Source: Reclinomonas americana ATCC 50394 (lineage: Eukaryota). Taken from it: a DNA stretch of 20,000 nucleotides. Positions 9,502 to 18,542 of this stretch are shown one piece after another (the first letter of the stretch is position 1; the number at the start of each line of letters is the position of its first letter). Location of the stretch: assembly GCA_048213135.1 (NCBI GenBank), contig PS015550.1:51755-71754 (forward strand). Reading direction: 5' to 3'. The notes beneath the pieces were generated by a model, which had not been told where the DNA came from, made no database searches, and saw only the letters and a program-made list of their open reading frames with translations. Both the position numbers and the translations under genes were made by a program.

Positions 9502-10988
9502 ATGTCGTTCGGCATCAAGGGTTGCGTTGCGGGTAGAGGAGAAGAGGGGGAGGAGCGATAGAGGAGTGCAATGCAGTTTGTTTGTTTGGTGTGAAATGGC
9601 GCTCTCTCTCTCTCACAACTTTGTGCCTGTGTCTGTGTGTGCATTAGTTCTGGGCACTCGCGGTGCGGTGCAGGCCGAGTCTGCGCAGTTCACAGTCGGC
9701 TCTGCGCGTCAGAAGGCCTTCTGGGGTCAAGTGGTGACGCTGTTGCGTGAGGAGTGCCATGCTCATGACGCACACACCTCTGTCTCCCTCTCTCTCTCTT
9801 TCTCGCACCCAACTGACACACACACGCACGCACACACGTTGCATGTCTTTGCTGCTGTCTCTCTCTCACACACTGTATGTGCAGGCCAATGGGTGACGGT
9901 GCACTGCTGGTGCAGTTGTTTGACGATGACGATCAGGAGGCTGGTGAGTGTGTGTGTGTCTCTCTCTCTCTCTTGTGTACATCAGTGTCAGAGCAAGTGA
10001 GGGATAAGAAAGGAGAGAGAGAAGAGAGAGTTATGTTGCATGGTGATCGTATTTGAAGTGCATTGCATCGCGTGTTGTATGTGTGTGTCGTGTCTTTGTG
10101 TGCGTGCGCGTGTGTGTGTATGTGTGTGCGTGTGCGTGTGTCTGTGCATCGCATACTCAGCCTTCTTCCTCTTCTTCTTTCTCGTTCTTTTGTCGCAGCT
10201 CGCGTGACCATTGACCTGCACACTGTGGCTCCCAACTCGAGCGACTGGTTCGACCTGAGCAACGGCTCTGGCGCTGTGCAGCTGAACTTTGAGGCCGTCG
10301 GCGGTTGCGTCCTCTGTCTCTTCGTGATGATGATGATGATCGCGCACCTCTCATGACTCGTCTGGCTAATGTAACAGGTGCCGTGGCCATGGACGACGAT
10401 CCGTTTGGCGCACCGGCGGCCTCGGGCTCTGGCTTCCAGCAGGTCGACTCCGAGGAGGAGGAGGAAGAGGAGGAGAGCGAGGAGGAGGAGGAGGAGCACC
10501 ACAGCTCGGAGCCAACGCCGCTCATGTTGTGGCAGGAGAAGCACAATGCGGAGCTCATTGAGCGCGCCACCGCCGCGCGTGCCAAGCGCGACGAGCGCAA
10601 GACCGGCGCCCGCGACTGGTTGAAGAAGTTCTACGAGGATCGCGACGGCAAGCTGTCTGCCAAGCAGAAGCTCAACCGGTGCGCTTTACATTTTTGGTAA
10701 CCATTCATCCCTCCCTTGCCGCCCTTCTCAACCCCGCCCCGCATGTGCAGCCAACAAAACCAGGCTCTGGTGGAGAAGATCAATGCCAACCTCGGCGTTG
10801 GTCAGATCTGGGAGCGTGTCAGCAACCTCATCAACATGGGCGCCAACTCGGCCGGTCGCAAGGACGTGGCTCGCATGCGCTCTGTGCTGCTGCAGGTGAA
10901 GAACTCGACTCCGGCTCACTTGGCGCGTCACGACGCCGTCGCCGCTGGCGGCCGTGGCGGTGCTTCGGGCTCGGCCGATCTGTTCTAA
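9502..10988 (+). CDS. Clathrin light chain with an N-terminal C2-like domain, 6 exons
   Basis: The C-terminal part has an acidic region, then PLMLWQEKHNAELIERA...ARDWLKKFYEDR and IWERVSNLI...KDVARMRSVLLQVK (clathrin light chain signature). Exons 9502-9520, 9648-9741, 9885-9943, 10199-10303, 10378-10678 and 10751-10988 are all in phase. Confidence 0.88.
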
Positions 10989-11176
10989 GCTCTTTCTCTC
11001 TCCCTCTCTGTGTGTTTTTTTGTGGCAAATATGGTCTTTTTTAAGCGCTGTCTCGTCGTGTGCGTGTCTTCCTCCTCCTCCTCTTGTTCTTCTTTCATTT
11101 TTACGTGAGTACACTTGTGCACAACAGACTGTGGTTACCTCCTCCTTTCTCCTCCCTCTACTGTGTCAATTTGTCT

Positions 11177-12840
11177 TTACTTTATCTTTGAGTATCGCGC
11201 CAGGTCGTCGAGACTTCCGTAGCGCCGCTTGACCAGATTGCGATGCGCGGACTCCAAGAAGCGCGCCTTGCGGTCAAAGTCGAGCGATGTGCGGCTGCGT
11301 GGCAGGCCGTCGTGCATGCCTGGCGAACTGCGGCCACTACTGTTGCCGCCGGTCTCGGTCTGTGAGCCGGCGCGCGCACTTGTCTCCGACGGCGGATCAG
11401 CTGGCTCTGGCGTCTCGGCGCGCTCCTGCTCCGGTGTCGGTCGGGGCACGAAGAAGAGCTGCAGACGACCGCGGGCACTCTGTCCACGCGGCAGACTCCA
11501 CAGCAGGTGGCCGAAAACCAGCGACACCAGAATGACGCACACTGAGACGACGGCGGCGCGCCACGGCAGCGAGAGGATCGCCACCAGAATCGGCACGCAC
11601 ACCCACACGGCACCGGAGGAGATGCGCTGGAGGCGACGAGCCAGCGGTGCGCGATTGACCTTGGTCAGTGAGCCCACGTAGCGGTACCACGCAAAGCTGG
11701 TGTGACAAAAGAAGTGAGCAGCCGCACCGAGTAGGGGAGAGAAAAAGGGAAGCAGTGCACGCACCACAGCGCAATGAGCAGGTACACGCCGAGCACGAAG
11801 CGATCAATGTAGGAGATGTTGCTCGACGGCACGTCGAGGTTCCAGTGGAACAAGATGAGACCCCTGCCGCAAGAGAACCAGGCGGTCAGCATGCTGCAAG
11901 AAGCCGGCCGACAATCGTCATGTGCGCGCGTGTGTGTGTACGCAACAACAGCGAGGCACTGCACACCGAACTGCCGACGCGCACGTAGCTCTCCGGCGGC
12001 AACGTGAACGGCGCCGTGACGATAATGACCAGTGCGATCGGTGGCAGGAAGAACTTGATCATGGCCTTGAACAGCGGTCGGGTCACCGGCACGGCAAAGG
12101 TGATGGCCGAGATGGTGTCGGCGCCCCGATACAGGCCACTCGGCCCGCTGATCGACACCGCGTCTCGATCAATGTCAAAGGTCGGCAGATACACCTGTGG
12201 CAAGCCAAGAAGATGAGTTCAGACGCCACGGAATGGGTGGAAACGCACGGCCAGCTACTGTACCTCGTCGGCGACGCCAGAGGCCTCCGGGAACGGAAGC
12301 AGGCGAACATTGGGCATCGGCAGCGAGAAGGTCACGGCAATGCTCTCGTCGTTGAAGGGGAAGGAGCCCGAGGACAGCACCGGCCAGAACTGCATGACTG
12401 TGCAATCAGTACCTCCCTCTCTCTTTCTGTGAGTGTGTACTCTCCACTCGCTTGCGCACCACTGTCGTCTTGCACTCAATGAAGCACAACGTGGGCTGCT
12501 CGAATCGCTGGCAGATGGCTCTCGGATGTGCATTGTCGATCCACGGAAGCACATCGGGAGGAGGCAACCAGCATTCATCTCCTCCACCATCTGCTGCCTC
12601 GCGACGAAACGAAAACACAATGGTCACATCCGCTCGCGCAGTCTCCAACTTGACATCAGCAATCTGCGCGCTTTTCGCTGCTCAGCTGCGATTCACTCAT
12701 TCACGAGACAGAGACTGACTGACCCTGCTGATCCACACGCCGGCCTTCACGTCGATCACATCGCTACTCTGCGCCTCTGCCACAATCACCGCGACCGTGC
12801 AGAGAAGAAGCACGAGGCACGCTATTCTCCGCAGTGTCAT
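11177..12840 (-). CDS. Cys-less pentameric ligand-gated ion channel subunit 2 (paralog of 2956-6171), 6 exons
   Basis: Signal peptide; AGVWISR|IADVKLETARADVTIVFSF; SFPFND; VTRPLFKAMIKFFLPPIAL; FHWNLDVPSSNISYIDRF; two further hydrophobic helices. It aligns colinearly with subunit 1. Confidence 0.82.
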
Positions 12841-12927
12841 TCGGGAGTTGTCAACTNNNNNNNNNNNNNNNNNNNNNNNNNNNNNNNNNNNNNNNNNNNN
12901 NNNNNNNNNNNNNNNNNNNNNNNNNNN

Positions 12928-14546
12928 CGGTCCTGCCGCACACCACACGACGTCGTCGATCTTGAGCAGCGTGGCGACGGTTTCCACGGCAAACGACAGC
13001 ATGCTGGTCTTGACGGCGGCGGGCTCCAGCACGCCGAGCTCGCGCATGTTGGCCACGGAGCCGCGGATGAGATCGAGGCCGCAGTGAGCGGCGCCCGCCA
13101 CGTCGGTGGCAATGGTGTGACTGAGAGCGGTGATCAGCTCGAACTCGTTGTGACCGGCGTTGGCCGCCAGTGCCTGTGGGAGGGCGAGAAGGGAGCGCGC
13201 CAGTGCGCGGGCGACGGACCGCTCGACGGCGCNNNNNNNNNNNNNNNNNNNNTTGCAGGAGGGCGGACGTGCTCGAGCCAGTGTGCGAGGTGCGCCTCCA
13301 CGGAGCCACCGCCGGCCACCAGCTGCCGCGCTCCCAGAACAGTTTGCACGGCCCGCTGCGCATCGTGCAGGGCACGTTCGGCCTCGGCGAGTATGGTCTC
13401 GGAGGCGCCCTGCAGCACAACACTGCACATGCTGGTCGGCGTCGATATTTCATGCAAACGCAATTGCGACACGGTGCCGCCGTCCAGCAACTCCAGCGAC
13501 TCGGCCTCCACCACCATGGAGGAAGCAGAGGTAGACGCACCGTCGTCACCCACAGCACACAAATCGTCCGGCGACAGCAACGGCACACCCGTGTACTCGG
13601 CCACTCGTCGCAACACATCGCTCGGCACCTGCGCCACCACTAGCACACCTGCCTCCTCGAACGCATGCAACACCCTGTCTTCCACCTTGCCACCACACAG
13701 CAGCACATTGCATCGAGTGCGTGCCACCCACGCCTCGACCATCACTGCAACACGCGCCGGCAGCGCAAAGGCCACCAGCGTGGCGCGCACCGATGTCACC
13801 AGTCGCGACATCAATCGCGAAGGAATGGCCCCCATGTTGCGCCACACAGCACCCGGTTTCACCAAGTACGAGTCTGTCAACTGCCTGCCCGCTCTTCGCT
13901 GTACCACCGACAACGGTGCCGCGCCTGCAGTCACCACCGAGTCCACCGCCAGCTGCGCAATGTGCGATCGTGCACTGGCCACAGCGCACTTGGAGGCCAG
14001 CACAGTGTTGGCCATGGCACTCATCAGCAACGCAGCACTAGCTCCCTCTTCAGCATCCACAGAGAACGCCAGATGTTGCTGCACATGATCCACGGCCTCA
14101 TCACGCAGGCGAAACAGTGCTCCGAGAATGTCGGTGTTCGCCACGCCCTCAGTGTGCACCAGCCGCAGCACAGACGACACGATCTCCACGGCCAGCACCA
14201 CTGCACTGGTCGTTCCGTCACCCACACGCGACTGCGCGAGCGGTGTGAGTGACAACAGAGAAGAGAAATAAGAGGTGAGAGCGCGCAACATCCTGCGAGG
14301 TGGCCAAGTCTGCGAGGATGCGACACACGGGGTTCTTGAGTCGAAAGTGTCGCAGAATGGTGGCACCATCGTTGCTCAGCACCACGTGCCCGCTCTCATC
14401 GACCAGACACTTGTCGCGACCCTGCATGCAACACTCACGTGAGTTGTCTCTGTGGAGAGCAAAGAAGGAGCGGCAGAGGCCGAAACTAGTGGGCCGAGGG
14501 ACGTGCGCAGAATGTCACGCAAAAGATAACAGGCGTCAAAGCTCAT
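12928..14546 (-). CDS. Divergent group II chaperonin, CCT1/TCP-1 alpha-like paralog (stop codon probably in the N gap)
   Basis: Motifs TSLGPL|GRDKCLVD...SNDGATIL, QD|SRVGDGTTSAVV, ERALHDA, VAGGGSVEA and GVLEPAAVKTSMLSFAVETVATLLKIDD. Introns at 14486-14422 and 14289-14232. Confidence 0.88.
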
Positions 14547-14643
14547 GAGGCAACGAAGACAAGAGGATGAGACGGACGAGGACAGCTTGGTTGGTTTCGC
14601 TCATTTACGAATAATTTTTCCTTCTTCTGCCACACTTGTCTCC

Positions 14644-16976
14644 TCATTCGGGCTGCGTTGGTGTCGGTGCGGTGGCGGGTACAGGTGTGGGAGTAGTGGG
14701 CGTGGTGGGCGTCGGAGCTGTCGACGTGGGGGCAGTGGTGGTGGTGGTGGTGGTGGGAGCTGGTGCGGCAGCAGCGGCGGCAGTGGGGGGCTTGATGGCC
14801 TCGTGAACGGCGACCTTTTGCCAGGAACCGTCGCGCATGTTCATCTGGAAGAGCACTTTCTCGCGGTAGGCTTGGTTGGTGCTCTCGACCACCTTTTCCG
14901 ACATGGACAGCGTCACGGTCATCATGCCGTCGCTGTTCGGATCCACAGCACCTAGAGAGGGAGGAATGTGTCAAACGACGACGCACGACGCAGGCAACGC
15001 GGCTCACTGCACGCAACTGCGCTGGCCGGAGAGGAAGGCGTAAATGTAGTTGCGAATCTCGGTGGTGACCATGTTGCAGTCGGCGGTGAGTTTGTTGATG
15101 GTTGCCAGGATTTGCTGTTGCTGCAGGGCCAACTGCAGTTGCTGCTGCTGGTGTGGCGTCAGCTGTTGCATCTGCTGCGCCGCCTGCATCTGCTGGTGTT
15201 GTGCGGTGTGCTGATCGGCATTCTGTGCAGCCGCCGGCAGAGTTGCCGAGGGCACGCCAAATGGCGGTCGATACTGCTGCTGCAAAAACGGATTCTGCCC
15301 GCCGGCAGCCGCAGCAGCAGCCGCGGCGGCGGCGGCGGCTGCAGTGGGCGCCTGAGCGGGTGTGGTCAGCTGGAACGGAGTCGGCGTCGGTCGCTGCATG
15401 AGCGAGCCGAACGGTGATGGTGTGGCTGAAGCGCCGGGTACGGCACCAAGCACAGCTGCGGCCGCGGCTGCGGCCGTCGCAGTGGCTGCCAGTGACGGAG
15501 CAAATGGAGACGCGCCGAGACCCTGAATGGCACACGGTCAGCGTGATGTGAGGGGGTGAGTGTGAGATGGGCGCAAAAGCACTCACAGCTGCGGCGGCCG
15601 TCTCTGTGCGCGCGCGCGTGTGAGCAACGAGAGACTGTGCGAAGCAGCAGCAATATCGTGGCACGCAACTCTTCTTCTCCTCGCGTCGCTTTTCCTTGTC
15701 CTCTCGTTCCTTTTCTTTCCTCCTTTGCTTGGCCTCACGAGTGCGATCGGCCTGCTCCTCCTTTTCTCGCTTCCGTCGTTCCTTCAAGTCCTCGCGGGCG
15801 CGTTTCACTGCGAGCATGTGAGCAACGAGCAAAGGAGGGAGAGAAAGAGAGCAGCTCACCGTCTTCCTTTTCCTTCTTCGCCATTTCTTCACGACGACGG
15901 TGAAGCGAGTCGGCCTCCTCGGCCGCCAGCAGCACCACACTGCCCTCTTGACCGGCCGTGAGCGGTGGTGAAGCCGCCCGTGCTACGCTGGCCTTGAGCA
16001 TGCGATCAAACACCTCCTCGTCGCGTCGCGTCAGGAATGCCGAACCACCGCCGAGCGAGCTGCCGCTGGTCGTTGTCCGCGAGGCCGCCGTACGCTGTGC
16101 GGCGGCACGCAGAGCATCAAACCCGGACAGCCGTGGCGCGCCTGCCGTCGTCGTGAGACGCAGCGAGAATGTGGAGAATGTGGCAACGGACATTACCTGG
16201 TCGCACTCCGCCACCACCACCAGCACTACTGCCAGCGCCACCCAGCTGCGAGGATCCACTGGCCGACGATGGTGCATCCGTGTCCATGGCACTGCTGCCG
16301 TCCTCGCCTCCAAAGGATTTTGCGTGCACCAGACTGCGGGGTTTTAACCGGAATGGCACTGAAGGGGAAGAGGTGAGGTGTGCGTGTGGGAGAGAGACGA
16401 GAGTGCGTCAAAAGACGCAACGATGCGGCTCACGAATGGCCACCAGCTCGGCTCCATATTGCTCCTGCAACACGTCCTGGTCGATGTAGGCCCACACACG
16501 CGGAGGCACTGCAATGTAGCCGAAATTGTCTTGCCACACGGGCGCCAGCCGGTCGAGGGCGTCGTCGACCTCACGCAGTGAGGAGTTTGCCGACATGGTC
16601 ATGAGGTCGTCAGCCGAGCCGTCGTCGGAGGATGCCGATGGCGTGGCTGGCGGTGGTCCGTGCACGTCGATGCGCGGCACTCCAGACGACGGCACGTCGC
16701 GCAGGATGCGCCCCATGACCTGTGTCCACTTGTCGTCGTCGTACTCGGCCACCTGTTGTTCGGGGGGTGAGTAGCTTACTCACGCACACGCATGGGCTGC
16801 ACACCCACACACACGCAACTCGAATGATTTCCGTCATCTCCTCGCGCACGTCGTTGACAGCGGCCTTCTTGAGCGTGAGGAAGCCGAGCAGTACACGAAT
16901 ACGGACCGAGGCCTCCAGGCTCGAGAAGTTGGTCGCAATGCGGCGCAGGTCACTCTTCGAGATGATGGAGGATAGT
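14644..16976 (-). CDS. NELFA: Negative elongation factor A homolog (first exons upstream, across the gap)
   Basis: FSSLEASVRIRVLLGFL...EMTEIIR|VAEYDDDKWTQVMGRILRDVP matches the remembered NELF-A FHGLSSAVKLKLLLG...EIIQLASLDSDPWV. CNMVTTEIRNYIYAFLSGQR...VLFQMNMRDGSWQK matches NKVTRPEKALILGFMAGSR...VFEMNYATGQW. Seven resolved introns. Confidence 0.85.
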
Positions 16977-17180
16977 CTGGAAGGGGTGAGGGGGTGAGAA
17001 GGGGAGAGAGCGCAAACAAGACAAGTGCGACGAGAGTGCAGAAGAGAACAATAAACGGAGCGCAAGTCGAGGCGAGCGAGAGTATGAGAGGAGAACGGGG
17101 CGCGCAGGAAACGAGATAAGCAAGATAATGCGAGAAAAGACACTGAGCACAGCGAGGACAACAGGAGGAGAGAGACACAG

Positions 17181-17413
17181 GAGACAAGACAAGAACGCAT
17201 GCAATGCAAGCCGCAGCGAGAGGGAGACAAGTGGCAGGAGAGGATGAGACAAAACAAGCGGGAATGATCAAGACGCAGCGCACAGCAAGGATGAGAGAGG
17301 CGGAGGAGACAAGACAAGAATGCATGAAATGAGGAGCACAGAGAGGAAGACAAGTGGCGGGAGAGAATGAGACAAGACAAGCGAGAATGGTCAAGACGCA
17401 GAGCACAGCAAGG
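17181..17413. repeat. Degenerate direct repeat with period about 125 bp (2 copies) inside a long NELF-A intron
   Basis: gagacaagacaagaa...gacaagtggc.ggagag.atgagacaa.acaagcg.gaatg.tcaagacgcag.gcacagcaagg starts at 17181 and again at 17306. Confidence 0.85.
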
Positions 17414-17461
17414 TCAACAGGACGAGAGAGAGAGAGAGAGAGGAGGAGTAGGAGACGAGAA

Positions 17462-17989
17462 NNNNNNNNNNNNNNNNNNNNNNNNNNNNNNNNNNNNNNN
17501 NNNNNNNNNNNNNNNNNNNNNNNNNNNNNNNNNNNNNNNNNNNNNNNNNNNNNNNNNNNNNNNNNNNNNNNNNNNNNNNNNNNNNNNNNNNNNNNNNNNN
17601 NNNNNNNNNNNNNNNNNNNNNNNNNNNNNNNNNNNNNNNNNNNNNNNNNNNNNNNNNNNNNNNNNNNNNNNNNNNNNNNNNNNNNNNNNNNNNNNNNNNN
17701 NNNNNNNNNNNNNNNNNNNNNNNNNNNNNNNNNNNNNNNNNNNNNNNNNNNNNNNNNNNNNNNNNNNNNNNNNNNNNNNNNNNNNNNNNNNNNNNNNNNN
17801 NNNNNNNNNNNNNNNNNNNNNNNNNNNNNNNNNNNNNNNNNNNNNNNNNNNNNNNNNNNNNNNNNNNNNNNNNNNNNNNNNNNNNNNNNNNNNNNNNNNN
17901 NNNNNNNNNNNNNNNNNNNNNNNNNNNNNNNNNNNNNNNNNNNNNNNNNNNNNNNNNNNNNNNNNNNNNNNNNNNNNNNNNNNNNNNNN
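17462..17989. other. Assembly gap (smaller gaps at 12857-12927 and 13233-13252)
   Basis: Runs of N. Confidence 1.
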
Positions 17990-18410
17990 CTGCCACACCA
18001 CTGCTCGCCGCCGCCATCGACGACGACGACGTGCGCGCAGAAGGCGACATAACCATGGGCGCCGAGTATCGCGGAGGAGACCTTCCCTGCTCCTCCTCCT
18101 CATCTTCATCTTCTTCCTCCTCCGCCTGCTGTTGATCGCGCATTCCCACATCCCCATCATCATCTGCATCTGCATCATCATCATCGTCGTACTGCTGATG
18201 TTGCTGCTCATAATGCGGATAGTGTGACGCGTACTGGTCGCCTTCCTCTCCCTCTGCATGTCGCTTGTCTTGGTGGTGGTGATCATCGTCGTCGTCGTAT
18301 GCAGGCGCGTACTCGGGAACGTATTGAGACTGGTCGTGTGAGACACCGTACTGCGGTTGTGAGGCCGCGGTGGGCGATGTGGCGTGTGCGTGCTCGTCGT
18401 CCACGTCCAT
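17990..18410 (-). CDS. Acidic D/E/Q/H/Y-rich exon, probably the 5' end of NELFA
   Basis: ATG at 18410 opens a frame that runs into the N gap on the same strand as NELF-A, whose N-terminus is otherwise missing. The connection cannot be seen. Confidence 0.55.
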
Positions 18411-18542
18411 TGTGATGTGAGTGACTTGTCCTGCGAAGGCGGGGTTTGCATATGACCCTCTTCCTGGATCCCTACGGAGCTCACAGAGATTGCCAATACC
18501 CCCGAGAAAGCGGGCTGGTCGACGTTCTTTCTCTCGTGGTTT

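Noticed and set aside
12433-14088. 551-aa plus-strand ORF and many other long overlapping ORFs in the track
   Set aside because: These are antisense shadows of GC-rich coding exons, read through N gaps, or translate microsatellites. None has a recognisable motif.
12928-14546. Calling the chaperonin canonical CCT1 or BBS6/10/12
   Set aside because: It looks too divergent and lid-deleted for the normally well conserved CCT1, yet its motifs (RDKCLVD, SFAVE, LKIDD) look closer to CCT1 than to BBS proteins. No symbol assigned.
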